64,000 nucleotides of DNA, taken from positions 1 through 64,000 of the forward strand of contig NIVC01000739.1 in NCBI GenBank assembly GCA_002269645.1, given 5' to 3'. The notes beneath the pieces were generated by a model that saw only the letters and a list, made by a program, of their open reading frames with translations, was not told the origin of the DNA and ran no database searches. Shown here one piece after another: positions 24,450-38,400 of this stretch (position 1 is its first letter; every line of letters begins with the position of its first letter). The DNA is from Macrostomum lignano. Lineage: Eukaryota. The translations under genes were made by a program, and so were the position numbers.

Positions 24450-25620
24450 ATGCTCATCTGGCTGCTCTGTCTGAGTTCGGCAGCCGCCGCAGCCTCCAGA
24501 TCGTCGCAGTGCCCCTCCCTAGTTGCCAGGCTGTCGTTCCACAGGTTCCGCCAGTGCCCAACGCAACACGCCGCTCTGCTGCTGAATCGACTCACCAGCG
24601 AGCTGCAGTGCGTTGCCATCTGCTCCCGACTGCGCACCTGCAACGCATTCCACTTCAACATCAGCACTGGCCAGTGTTACCATGGAGATGCGTGTTCCCG
24701 ACTCGAGCAATGGACTGACGGCCACTGCAACTCTTACAAGTACACCGATGTGCTGTGCCGAGACTGCGGTGAGCGCGGCATCAATCCAATTAACCTGTAC
24801 CTGTCCTAAAATCTGTAGAATTCATATCATAATCGCATTTCAGATGTGCAAAAGCCAGAACTCACTGAGTTAGGAATGAAACTGTTCTACAAGTTCTCAA
24901 GGAGCGGTCTGCAGAATGAGGTCAATCCGAGACGGTTCTGCCTCAAAGCTCAAAATGCGACGGTGGATGCAAAAGGTGCTCATTTTGAGGGCCACAATGG
25001 CTCCTACCTGAGTACTGAGACTCCCGAGTTCCACAAGCTGATTGCATATGGCTCGGAATACTCGGCATTTCTTAGAGTTCGACATGTTTTCGACGATGGG
25101 TGAGCGAAATGCTTCATGCAGAGTAACTTAAAATAAATTTTTAATAACCATCGCGGGAAATTTCCATCTGAATTTCAGCCAAACAACCTATTTTTCCTTT
25201 CTGAATCGTGACGACCCGTCATCTGCGGGGAGCATGCTCCAAAAAAGGGTTGACAACATCTTCAGCGTTACCATTTTCAAACAACTGACGAACTCAGGAA
25301 CTGAGGAGTTTGGACTGCTGTTCAATTCGACGCAGGCCCTGCCAGTGGACAATGCGCGGCACGAATTGTCGTTTGGAATCGCTTTCAATGGGACAACGTC
25401 TCTGCGTTTTTACACGAACGGCTCCACCGTAGAGGTTGGTGCAAATAGCAAAACAGCAAGCCTGTCATATTCCAAGAGCCTGTTTGACTCTTTGCGACTC
25501 GGCTATGGTCCGATAAATGCCAAGAGCTTGAACGGCACCCTGCTGTGCTATGGATTCGGCAGCAAGGCGCTGAGCCCGACCGAGTTTCAAAGGCTGGAGC
25601 TGCTGTGCAATGAAGATTGA
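24450..25620 (+). CDS. Secreted PAN/apple + LamG(ConA)-like protein, paralog 2
   Basis: Exons 24450-24768, 24844-25099 and 25179-25620 have the same intron positions and phases as paralog 1. Confidence 0.85.
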
Positions 25621-26599
25621 GTTTTGGAGCAACCTGGAAGACAAAATGGCGAAACTAACAATAAAAACAATAACAATAACCACAACATTAACAATAACAA
25701 TGACAACAGGTTACGCTGCAAAAACAGCTGCATTACAGGGCCTCACTAAATTATTGTCAGAAAATTCTCTTCCACCCGTTAATTAGTTTTTTCATCAGTC
25801 TACAAACATTAATATATTGCAAGTATTGTATAGGTCATCTTGGGAGCCTGGTGTACAACTAAACCAAACGTTTTGAGGCAGTTATATTCAGTGACAGAAA
25901 ACGTTAAAAGTTCTTTTTAAGAGTTTCTGGGGCGTTACAAGCGTAGAAGCTTGCAGTGCAGAACCTGCAATCGATTTTTACAAGCCTTTTACAAGAATAA
26001 CAAGCTACGATACACATATAGAGTAACCCACATCCATGTAATGATGAGGCAAGGCCCCATGGTCCTGTGGCGTACGCGAAGGGAACAGGGCGTCCGCGGC
26101 CCCCAATCGCTCGCAACAAAAGCTGCCCTCCTCGAAAAACTAAATAAAAGAGATAACCAAATTCGACGAATGACGTCACGGGTGCTCATTTTTGTCACCT
26201 CTTGGACGTGGCATTCACCGGTTTAAAAGACGGCGCCGACCATGAGAGTCGTGAGGCAGGGATGCCCGAAAAGAGACTAGGGCGTCTACCAAAGGGTTTG
26301 CGGCCCTGTGTACACGGAAGCTATAATTGGTCTAAATTGTATTTCTGAGCAGAGCACTGAGCATTAACGATCCTCAGTTTTCATACATGTAGTTCAGTGA
26401 CAGCTAATTTGTTTGCGGCGTGACTTTCAATTGCTTTATTGCTTTAGCCCGAGGGTATTTATGGCGGGTGTTCAATATTAATTTCCGGATACATAGAAAT
26501 GTATCTAGGCCGGCGCGTTGTCCTGGTGGAGTACATGTAGTTAGGAGCCCGCGATGTCGCATCTTTGGACGCCTGTCAGCAACAGCTTGTAGCACCGGA

Positions 26600-27200
26600 G
26601 GACACACGGTCATATACCAGTTGGTAGTCACTGTTCGCCGTGTTTCCAGCGGAATAACGCCGCTGGACCGCAGCTATGAGCCACGAAAACAACCACCATC
26701 TTGAATGGCAAGGCTTCGTGACCGGACCAATTTTGAAGGCACTGCGACGACTGCTGCTTACTTTCGATGTCGAAGCTGTACACCCAAGTCTCGTCTCCAC
26801 TGTTGACCCTCCTAGGTGCTTGTTGACCTGCCTCCGTCAGATCTGTCCAGCTGGACTGGGCAACCAATCGGCTCGAACTTGTTTCTGCTCCCCAGTTAGG
26901 TGATGAGGCAGGCAGAAACCTTCCTCAGCCAGAGTTTTTCGTGCAAAATGCTCGGCATACTTCCCGATGAAATGCCGACAATGGTGGCTAACTGTTGCAC
27001 GGTTGATCGTGGATCTTCGTCGATTAGAGCCTGCTCTGCAAAGTTTGCGTCAGTTGTCGAACTTAATTAACTCGACTTTCATCTTCTGTAAACGATCCGC
27101 TCGGCCTCGAGGAAATTCCGCAAACAAGTCGAAAATGATTCTTCTTGAAGGTGCTATCCCCAAAGGCTAAGCGAAGCCGCTCTAGGCATTCCGACTGGTT
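26600..27200 (-). mobile_element. Degenerate mariner-type transposase fragment
   Basis: ALIDEDPRSTVQQLATIVGISSGS...ILHE..LRKVSA followed by GDETWVYSFDIESKQQSSQ are mariner HTH and first catalytic-D motifs. Multiple frameshifts. Confidence 0.75.
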
Positions 27201-27993
27201 TAGACCAGGTTTGTAATCCTAATAGGTCTCCAGTGGAATGGATTTTGATTTGGGTGGGTAGGTGGCTTTGAAGCCTTTATATTTTTTTGTATAAGCTTAC
27301 ATGTACAGTGTTCCAATCTACTCATCACATCACCCAGAGTGTAATGTGTACTGTGGTCCTTCAAAATTTATGGAACACCACCTCATATTCAGCCCAGAAT
27401 TGCTGCGAAAAATTATGTGCGATAGGTAGCAAGGAGCTCCTTGTTGCCCATGCATGTAGAGATTCATATTTGCATCACGGCACTTGGCTCCCTGGCACTA
27501 CGCTTTCAGAGGAATCATCCCACACACAGCGGTGAGGCTACATACGCGGCCCTGACTTTCTACTCTCTGGGGGTTGGCCCTCGGGGTGTTAAAGTACAAA
27601 AACAACTGGCAAATTATCGGGCACACAAGCGAATGTTCACTTGGACTATTCTAAAATAAAAGAGTTGCTGAGTATAATCAAGGTTTAACACAAAGGAGCG
27701 TTCCAAACTTCATCAACAAAGCGTCAAGACAAATATGTCAAAAATTGAATTTGTCGAATGTTAATTACAGGTGTAAATAACAATTAAACACGAATTTTAT
27801 TTTTATTTGATAGTTAACGCTTTAAATTATACTTTTACTTACGCAGAAAAAATAGTCGGTTCCGTTAATACCGGATCCATAAATATTATATTGAAATGCT
27901 TGTTTACCAAATAGAAGAAAAATAGAACAGCAACATACAAAATGCCAGTTGAAATGATAAGCTACTTACAGTAGCTCGTACTTGAATTGAGCT

Positions 27994-30900
27994 TCAGTCA
28001 GTATCCATTGGAACCTCGGCATCAGCTCGTCCACCTGCACCGTGGAATCCTTCAGCCGACAGAAGCAGCCGTCGAACCCGCCGACTGCGCAGCCCGACGA
28101 GGGCGCACTCGCCAGTGTCAGCGAAGGCCGGCACAGATACCAGCAGAGTCTCCTGGCCAGCCGCATCCTTGACCAGCCGATGACCAAAGCTAGCCTGATT
28201 GCCGGCAATGTACAGGTGGGGGCTGAAGTCCAGCAGCAGCGGATCCGATTCGTAGAATGGAAAACAGCCCAGAGTGTCCGGCGCTGTTGGAGCCAGATGA
28301 CGCCAGCGCAGCGTGCCCTCCATCAGGTCCAGTGGATCCCCGATGTTGCTAAATTTCTTAACATCTTTCACTGTCTGGCCGCTGGTGGCCAGGATGTGCC
28401 AGTCGGCCAGCCGGAACCGATACGGATTAGTGACGAGATTCAGGCTGGAGTAGCGGCCAGACTGCGGCAGCATGCAGTGATGGAGCGGCTGCTGGGGCAA
28501 GAAATAACCGCTGGGATCGAATTCGCCCGGCATCAGATCGACTGGAATCGAGGCCGCCAGCTCGGACAGCAGCGAGTCCAACCGGCTGACTCCTGCGGCG
28601 CTGGTCACGGCTGCCTTCTTAGACAGGTACAGAGCTCTGGAGTGCGACTCTTGGTCCTGAGTACTCTTGGCCAGGCTGTTGCCTGAGTTGGAGGGGCAAT
28701 TAGTAACAATCATTAGTAATTCTGATAGATTTCATCTAAATATCTGTCAGGTTGACTTCTTTCCAATAGGTCGCGCAAGCACAATGTGATCTTGGCTGCG
28801 ACTCAGGAAATGGGTATTGCAACCTGCGCTATCAGAAAATAGCCTTTGATGTTTGCCGCTAATAGCAGTCTCTTCTGGAAGCAGAAATTTGCATTGTTTA
28901 CTGCAACCATAGGAGCGGCAGGTGAGAGAGAAAACTGCTCAGTGCTCCAGTGCTCAGCCCAGCAACTGAGGATCTGGGAGGCTGGCCCAGCAACTGAGGA
29001 TCTGGGAGGCTGGCTCAGCAACTGCGGATCTGGGAGGCTGGCCCAGCAACTGACACTCTGGGAGGCTGGCCCAGCAGCTGAGGATCTGGGAGGCTGGCTC
29101 AGCAACTGAGGATCTGGGAGGCTGGCCCAGCAACTGAGGATCTTGGAGGCTGGCCCAGAAACTGAGAATATTGGAGGCTGGCTCAGCAACTGACGATCTT
29201 GGAGGCTGGCCCAGCAACTGAGGATCTGGGAGGCTGGCCCAGCAACTGACACTCTGGGAGGCTGGCCCAGCAACTGAGGATCTGGGAGGCTGGCCTAGCA
29301 ACTGAGGATATGGGAGGCTGACCCAGCAACTAAGGATCTGGGAGGCTGACTCAACAACTGAGGATCTGGGAGGCTGACTTAACAACTGAGGATCTGGGAG
29401 GCTGGCCTAGCAACTGAGGATCTGAGAGGCTGGCCCAGCAACTGAGGATCTGGGAGGCTGGCCTAGCAACTGAGGATCTGGGAGGCTGGCCCAGCAACTG
29501 AGCATCTGGGAGGCTGGCTCTAGCAACTGAGCATCTGGGAGGCTGGCTCTAGCAACTGAGGATCTGGGAGGCTGGCCCAGCAACTGAGCATCTGGGAGGC
29601 TGGCTCTAGCAACTGACACTCTGGGAGGCTGGCGGAGCTCCAGTCTGGCGGTCCACACAATTATTCTATCCTACTATAAGTAGCAAACGCACAGCAAATC
29701 ACCTGCAATCAGCAGCCGAACAACACTGGCAGCCGACTGTCGCATGCTGTCAGACGGAATCAGACTACAGGTGAGCCGCTGCACCAGCAGGCGCAGTCTT
29801 AGCACATCCTCCGCTGGATCACCCAGGTGCAAACCTGACACAACCGCTAGCCAGATGTCCTGCTCGGGCTCCGGTTCCAGCGGCGGCCACTGCGGCTGCG
29901 GGGCCGGCTGGGCGAACAGGTGCTCCTCTACCTGGGTGTTGATTACCGGGTCGGGACTAGCAACAGAGTGCACTGAGTACTTTCCTGTGACATTATTTAT
30001 GCACATGAAAGTACGAACTTCAACAACACTCGTTCTCAACGAGCTTTTACGATTGCTTACCTCTCATCTTTATTTTTATCCCAATCCCACACTCCCATCT
30101 TCAATTACCCGAATCTCACACTCCCATCTTCACTTACCCGAATCCCACACTCCCATATTCATTCACCCGAATCCCACACTCCCATATTCATTCACCTGAA
30201 TCTCACACTCCCATCTTCAATCACCCGAATCTCACACTCCCATCTTCACTCACCCGAATCCCACACTCCCATCTTCATTCACCCGAATCTCACACTCCCA
30301 TCTTCACTCACCCGAATCCCACACTCCCATATTCATTCACCCGAATCTCACACTCCCATCTTCACTCACCCGAATCCCACACTCCCATCTTCAATCACCC
30401 GAATCTCACACTCCCATCTTCACTCACCCGAATCCCACACTCCCATATTCATTCACCCGAATCTCACACTCCCATCTTCACTCACCCGAATCTCACACTC
30501 CCATCTTCACTCACCCGAATCCCACACTCCCATATTCATTCACCCGAATCTCACACTCTTATCTTCATTCACCCGAATCCCACACTCCCATCTTCAATCA
30601 CCCGAATCTCACACCCCCATATTCATTCACCCGAATCTCACACTCTCATCTTCATTCACCCGAACCCCACACTCCCATCTTCATTCACCCGAATCTCACA
30701 CTCCCATCTTCATTCACCCGAATCCCACACTCCCATCTTCAAGACCGCACACGCACCTGGAAGCGGCCTCTAGCCTCATCCGGCTCTTTACCCAGCACAG
30801 CCAGCACAATGCCAGTCACCAATCGCTCCTTGGCGATGTCGCCAACCAGTTGAATTCGTTGCAGATCGTCCTCCAGGATCAGGCGGTCTTTATCGCTGAC

Positions 30901-31224
30901 GCAGCACTCTGGCACAGGTGGCGGCTCTACCTGCTGATCTTCGCCAATCTCGCTAAGGATGCTGGGCTTCAATGGCATGTCCTTGAACAGGGTGCCAACT
31001 ACGATGCACCGTTCCCCGGTGACAATTTCTGAGATGCGCCGCAATGGCAGGGAAGGCCAACGCTGACGAGCCAGAGCCTCCAACTGGGCTCGCATCGAGT
31101 GCAACCGCTGGGAGTAGACATGGGAATATTGCAGTCGGTAGTTACGGTTGCCGGCAGGTATTACGTAATCTGAGCTCAGATTTTCGTAAGGAGCAATCAG
31201 GCGTTGAAGCAGTTCAGCTGGCAT
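27994..31224 (-). CDS. POLD2: DNA polymerase delta small subunit
   Basis: Exons 31224-30757, 29931-29703 and 28682-27994 (phases 0, 1). Motifs QYSHVYSQRL, GTLFKDMPLKPSIL, LILEDDLQRI, SGLHLG, VDLMPGEFDP, LPQQPLH, TNPY, HLAPTAPDTLGCFPF, PHLYIAGNQ. Confidence 0.95.
28745..29640. mobile_element. Dispersed cassette copy 1: ~190-bp unique segment + 28-bp minisatellite (ggaggctggcccagcaactgaggatctg), in POLD2 intron 2
   Basis: 28745-28930 is nearly identical to 43668-43853, and both are followed by the same 28-bp array. Mobility is inferred. Confidence 0.65.
30075..30740. repeat. Minisatellite, 29-bp unit cacccgaatctcacactcccatcttcact (POLD2 intron 1)
   Basis: About 23 copies visible. Confidence 0.95.
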
Positions 31225-31272
31225 GGCTGATGTGTAGCAGAAATAATGCAAAACAAGTTGATTATCAGTATA

Positions 31273-31540
31273 TAATGCTTATATACTACTTAATGCTTAT
31301 ATACTACTTAATGCTTATATACTACTTGATGCTTATATACTACTTAATGCTTATATACTACTCAATGTTTATATACTACTTAATGCTTATATACTACTTA
31401 ATGCTTATATACTACTCAATGTTTATATACTACTTAATGCTTATACACTACTTAATGCTTATATACTACTTAATGCTTATATACTACTTAATGCTTATAT
31501 ACTACTTAATGCTTACATAATAACTTAATGCTTAAATACT
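31273..31540. repeat. Minisatellite, 18-bp unit atgcttatatactactta, just upstream of the POLD2 ATG
   Basis: About 14 copies. Confidence 0.95.
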
Positions 31541-31579
31541 ACATGCCCCAATCGGGCAAGATGTGCCGACCGACCGACA

Positions 31580-31830
31580 GCTCAGCCTCAGCTATTGCGC
31601 GGCGCGTACGGCTGTCCAAGGACTGGGGGGGGGGGGGGGTCGACACGCGCACCCTCAATTACCCCAGCTAATGCTGGCACCCATTTTACAGCTGGGTGAA
31701 CTGAAGAAATACGGGTACAGAGTTAAGCGTCATGCTCAAGGACACAGATTTTTTTCCAAGTGGGATCGGGAATCGAACCCCCAATCTTCAAGTCGTGAGT
31801 CGGACGCTCTAACCACTAGGCTACAACCCC
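31580..31830 (-). mobile_element. tRNA-derived SINE family 2
   Basis: Minus strand ggggttgtagcctagtggttagagcg...ggttcgattccc (A and B boxes), then gtgtccttgagcatgacgcttaac...cagttcacccagctgtaaaatgggg, resembling conserved SINE central domains. The 3' boundary is uncertain. Confidence 0.7.
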
Positions 31831-32446
31831 CTGACTGTTGGATAGAAATAATCGTTGAGCCCATGACAACTGGACATAAGAATAATATCGTTTGCTATCG
31901 GAATTATTGGGGATAAGATCATTGGGCATTAGGGGGGGGGGGATTGTCACCACCGTGGTAAATCAACACTCGGAAACGTTTAAAACAATCAAGTCAAGAC
32001 AAGCAAAGAATTCGGCAGAAGCAATGTTTTATTTTTGTTTTTATGTTAGAAAAAATAGAATCTGATTTTTTTGGCTGCTAAACTTGTGCGGTATTTACTC
32101 GAGAGTAACAATAAGTGATGATGAAGAAAATTAGAACACATCGCAATAACTGGAAGGTTTCATTGATTGAACGCGAATGAACTCTCGAATCAGGATATAG
32201 GTTGTACGATGCGTATCAAACTCTAGGAATGTTTTTTTATTTATACCATAGGCAAAGCTTCGGACTGGAGTAAGCAAGAAAATAACAAGTACTTTTTAAG
32301 CTACTAACAGTAGTTAGTCAGTTGACGATTTAAGAGAGCTTTTTAACAAACTTCAATTATGAATTTTAGTTGTGCAATATTTGCAACACGACAGTCTCAA
32401 TAGTCTCGTATGCTTAATAAGGCATACTCGGTTACAACAGTTTTAT

Positions 32447-35400
32447 TTATTCCATAGAGTCATAACTCGGAACAAAGATTTGAAGCGATTTTTCGACTGG
32501 CCTAGCGCGACTGGAACTGCCTTCTCCGCCGACATCGGTAAAATCGTCTTCATCTGGGCCGGCCTGACCGCGCCTGCGCTCTCTAGCTTGGCGCCGTTGT
32601 TCCAGCACTAGCAAGTCCTGCGGTCCCTTGAAATATTCTGGCATAACCTGACTGAACGCAGACTCTCCGCGGTCCGACTGTGCGCCGATAATTGTCCAAG
32701 CTATTACGTCACCATCTCGGAGCAAGTAGGGCGAAGTTGTTGACAATTTGGTTAGCGGAGCTGCAGCGCCAAGTTTATCAGCCTGTTGCTGCTGGCTGTA
32801 TAAAGCTTCCTTCACGCGCGGTATGATCAACCAATCGCAGCGTTCGTGACAGCGCTTAGCTAGCAACAGTTGCTTTTGTTTTGCTGCCAGTCTAACTTGA
32901 TAATATACAGCTGAGTACAGAGACGCTGCACTGTCCTCAGTGTCATAACTGTTCGGCCACCACAGAGGCTCTGGTGCTGAATAGTGCTCATTGAGACTGT
33001 CAGATTTCTTGCTGGTCAACCACAATAGCATCGGGTCAACTTGGTGCTTAGGCCTGCTGGCCAACTCTGGCGGGACACCGCAGTGACGGTCGAAGCACAA
33101 GGCTACGCCACTCTGATTCAAGTGACACGACGACACCTGCCTTGACGGTGCCAAAGCCGATAGTTGCAATTTTTTGTCTTTCCGACGAAACATTGCAGCG
33201 GCTTGACCTTCTTTAATATGTCCATCTTTAATTAGCAAATCAGTGAGGTCGTCAACTCTCATATTTGGATCGATAACCAGATCATTGTGCTGTTTAAACA
33301 GCGAATTTGGCGATTGGCTAAGCCGAACCAACCAATCAGACGGGTCGAACGCTAGATGCTCGAACAGACGAACTCGAGCCTGACCAGTTAGCAAGGGCCG
33401 GCCAGTGACAATGCGCAGCTCAGTGGCGTGCTTAATACCTGCACTGTCAAGGGTCCGATCGTCGCGTACCTCGGACGTCGCATCACCAGTAGTTGGACTG
33501 ACAAAGCACAGGTGATAGAAATCTGGACGCCGGACATTCAGCATGTCAGCTGCTTTTCGACGAAATTTGTCAACACGATCAGTCAGCCTGGCAACTATAC
33601 CAACAGGATCCTGGTTGGCAATCTTTGAATCTAGTGTCACTTTGATGTAAACTTCTTGAATATCGTCGCGAAGCGGCCGATTATTGACAAGTTGCATTCT
33701 GGGCGCTGACAGTTCACCAACAACAAAAGAATCTGGCACTGAAAGGTTGGTTGACAGAGTTTGAAAAACAGGATTACTTATATGCTGAAAAAGTAGCAGA
33801 ATAAAACTACCCACCAGGATAGAAGCAATTCAAGTCCTCGCTGTAAACTTCAACACTCCAGGCGCTAGGATCAAATGCCAGGGAATCTTTATGAACTTTG
33901 TCGAACATGCTCTGCTTGATTTGGTAGGCTTTCTGAAATTAATTGATACATTTGCTTAAAATGAAGTCAATACAGAAAGATGCATGTTTATATAGTTAAA
34001 AAAGGCATTTGCCGATGTCAATAGGTGCTCATGCTCAGAGGTGGCAGAAAGTTCCTAACCCCTGGACCTTTCAGTCATGAGTCCGATACTCTTAGCCACT
34101 AGGCTACAACTTGTGACAAAGTGTATGCATATGTCTCTGAGTTGGTGCTCAGGGGTCAGCGCCTCCCCGGCAAACTAACTTTAGTGCAGCAAAGTTAGTC
34201 CAATAAATCAACTTTGTGTAAAAAAGTAAAAAAACGTCGAATAGCTTACGTGAGCAGGCTTGAGACGAAGAGTTTTTACCGACTTTTCGCTTGAGTTTGA
34301 GTTCTAAAACAATAAAGAATCGTATAGTTGGTTGCGCGTGAAACTTTTGCTACAGGGTTGATGAAACTGCAATCTATTGTATGCATTACTAACCAGAATC
34401 ATGGTAACATCAACTTGCTGACAAGTGGCTTCAATAGAGACACTGTCCTCCTTGGACACCGACACGTACAATCGGTCCCCAGTCTTGAAGCCTAGATCGC
34501 CAATACTAGTTGAAAGACTCGATGCTGGCACAACTAGACGAATCTTCTTAATATCATTTGCGCATTCCCGTTGCACGTAGCATTGTTTAGATTCAATAGC
34601 GGTCTCTAGATCAGTGCCTAGTGTATGCGATAGCATAGGCAGGACGCCACTAATGCAGTCAATCAGCGGTTTAGAGGCTGGCAGGGTGACCTCTTGGGAT
34701 TCACCGCCGCGAAAGTGAAAACGTAGCTTGATTGGACGATTGCTCTCGCCTGAGATGAAGCTCTCAGTTTCCTGACGGTGTCAATTCGATAATAAAATAA
34801 AAAACTGCAGTGTAATGCACTTTACAGACTTCAGGTTGTCAGGGTGTTGATACAGACTGAACAGGGTGTCAGAGTGTTGACACAGACTGAACAGGGTGTT
34901 GACACAGACTGAACAGGGTGTCAGAGTGTTGACACAGACTGAACAGGGTGTTGACACAGACTGAACCGGGTGTTGACACAGACTGAACAGGGTGTTGACA
35001 CAGACTGAACAGGGTGTTGACACAGACTGAACAGGGTGTTGACACAGACTGAACCGGGTGTTGACACAGACTGAACAGGGTGTTGACACAGACTGAACAG
35101 GGTGTTGACACAGACTGAACAGGGTGTTGACACAGACTGAACAGGGTGTTGACACAGACTGAACAGGGTGTTGACACAGACTGAACAGGGTGTTGACACA
35201 GACTGAACAGGGTGTTGACACAGACTGAACAGGGTGTTGACACAGACTGAACAGGGTGTTGATACAGACTGAACAATGTGTTGACACAGACTGAACAGGG
35301 TGTCAGAGTGTTGGCACAGACTGAATAGGGTGTTGACACAGACTGAACATTGTGTTGACACATACTGAACAGGGTGTTGACACAGACTGAACAGAGTGTC

Positions 35401-38400
35401 AGAGTGTTGATACAGACTGAACAGGGTGTCAGAGTGTTGACACAGACTGAACAGGGTGTCAGAGTGTTGACACAGACTGAACAGGGTGTCAGAGTGTTGA
35501 CACAGACTGAACAGGGTTTCAGAGTGTTGACACAGACTGAACAGGGTGTCAGAGTGTTGACACAGACTGAACAGGGTGTCAGAGTGTTGACACAGACTGA
35601 ACAGGGTGTCAGAGTGTTGACACAGACTGAACAGGGTGTTGACACAGAATGAACAGGGTGATACCAGAAATTTCAGGGTGTCAGCGTACCATAAATTACA
35701 TGGTATTATAACCCACTGTTAATTACCTAGCCTGCAGCTTACCTTACGCGAGAAGCTGACGAACACATACGGATTAGACGCACTGCACTGCCACATAAAT
35801 GGGGCCGATTTTACTGTGGAATCGCCGAGCACAATTTTTGGATCCGTTAGGCGGCACAGAGCGTAATAGCCGCAATCGGTGCGTTCCAGGCAGACAACGC
35901 AACCGACTTCTGGCATCAGGTCGGACTGAAAGGTATGGAGATCTTCAAGTTTAATTATTCAAAACAAGTCACTATTTAGCTAGTGTTTAAGCAGCTGTTT
36001 AGCTAGTGTTTAAGCGTCTGTTTAGCTAGTGTTTAAGCGTCTGTTTAGCCAGTGTTTAAGCGTCTGTTTAGCCAGTGTTTAAGCGTCAATTCAGCTAGTG
36101 TTTAAGCGTCAATTCAGCTAGTGTTTAATGGCCAATCCAGCCAGTTTTTATACAAGCGAAATTAGAACAAGAAAAACAATTTTACCCACCATCTCGGTGT
36201 CAATTTTGCAAAGCAAATCATTAATTGTCTTGTTACAGCTGATAACAACAGTAGAATGGGGCTGCAACGCATCACCGGCAGGTTCAGGATCCCAGATCAG
36301 TCTGTCCGACCGCAACTTGAACTGGCTCTCGTGGTACAGAGCGTAATTAACTCGATTAACTTCTTCGTCGTGCTTTTTCCGTTGAGATCTTAATTCTTTA
36401 TTCTCTTTCTTAATCGCTCGATAGAGCCAGTCTGGCATCTCCTCTTTGATCTCGTCTGGAGACAGAGGGAAGATGGCTTCGTTACGGCTGCACTGCCTAT
36501 AGAACAGCATGTAGGCGGATGTACGGCCGGAGAACTGGCGCTCAATGTCCGATGGACGAATCGGAGAAATTCGACTGTCATTTAGGTCGAACCAGTGCCT
36601 GCGTTTAAAGTACAACAGTGGAAGGTCATCTTGGGGAGTCGAGTCGATGTAATTGAGTACATTTGAAGGTTGTTTAGGAGAATCGATGATGATCTAATAA
36701 TCTTGAGTACACTTGAAGGTCGTTTTAGAGAAATCGGGATCATAAGATAGTCTTAAGAACAGTTGAAGGTCATTAGGTAGAATCTATGATGATATGATAA
36801 TCTTGAGTACATTTGAAGGTCGCCTAGAAGAATCGAGGATGATATTATAATCTTGAGTACATTTGAAGGTCGCCTAGAAGAATCGAGGATGATATTATAA
36901 TCTTGAGTATATTTGAAGGTCGTCTAGATGAATCGAGGATGATCTGATAATATTGAGTACATTTGAAGGTCATTAAGAATCGATAGCTTGTATGATAATT
37001 TTGAGCACAGTATAAAGGTCATTCAGGGTATTAAAAGATTATCCAAGTACTGAAACTCAGTTTAAATTTGAACGTAACAACATAAATTAAACCAACGAGA
37101 AAAAACTCACTGTTCAGAAGCAGCATCCAATCCATTTCCGTGGACTTTTCCACTATTAGCAGCTGGCTCCTCATCCCTAACTGCAGCTTCATCATCGGCA
37201 TCCAACGCAGCCTCCAGGGCATTAACTTTAAGCCTAACTAAAATCCTATCGCCATTCTCTTCCACTTGGAAAACGTCATCATTAGATTTGACGTACTGCA
37301 AGATGGGACCCCATCGATTTTTGCAAGCGGTAGACCAGGCCTGCCCAGTGACAAATTTAAACCTAGTAGCCAATTCGTTCAGAGGCAAGCACTGATCAGG
37401 ATCGTCTAGTAATAACTGTTTGAGCACAGACGGAGAAGGCCTAGCCGATTGAGCATTATCACCGGAGTTGCGTTTGTCTGATTTGTCCACCTGCCACCAG
37501 TGTCCGCGCTGCTCCAAATCTCTCACATAGGCGTAATAGTGACCGCCCATGGCGGAGCCGCCGTGGATCACTACAGCAAACAGCTCGTAGAGAGCCCCAC
37601 CCTGCGAGGCGGCATCGCAATGCTCGGCCAGGTGCTTGCCAAGGTCCAAACAGTCGGCGTAGGGAAAAGTGAAACGGCCGTCGTGCTTCACTCGGGTCAT
37701 TCTGGCGAAGTCGAAGTCGAAACGCATCAGCGAGAGGGTCAGGATTGGCGGCAGGTGGGTCAGGCGGCTGGTCTGTGGAGAGAGCAATAGATGATTGCTT
37801 AGGACTTCGAAAGGATGATAGCAGGTATAGCTTAGGACTTTAATCCGGGTTTAAGTCTCGCTATTTGATGCTATCCAGCTAAGATTATGCGCATGCATAG
37901 TGTATACAGTGGCGTACGCAGGATTTTTACTTGGAGGGAGCCGCAACCCTATTTAGTGTCTTAGTGGACGCCTCTGTCTTTTGGGTCGGCGCTCCTGTCT
38001 CTTAGTAGGCACCCCTCTCTTAGTAGGCACCCCTGTCTCTTAGTAGGCACCCCTGTCTCTTAGTAGGCACCCCTGTCTCTTAGTAGGCACTTCTGTCTCT
38101 TAGTAGGCACCTCTGTCTCTTAGTAGGCACCTCTGTCTCTTAGTAGGCACCTCTGTCTCTTAGTAGACACCCCTGTCTCTTAGTAGGCACCCCTGTCTCT
38201 TAGTAGGCGCCCCTGTTTCTTAGTAGGCACCTCTGTCTCTTAGTAGGCACCCCTGTCTCTTAGTAGGCACCCCTGTCTCTTAGTAGGCACCTCTGTCTCT
38301 TAGTAGGCACCCCTGTCTCTTAGTAGGCACCTCTGTCTCTTAGTAGCACATCTGTCTCTTAGTAGGCACCTCTGTCTCTTAGTAGCACATCTGTCTCTTA

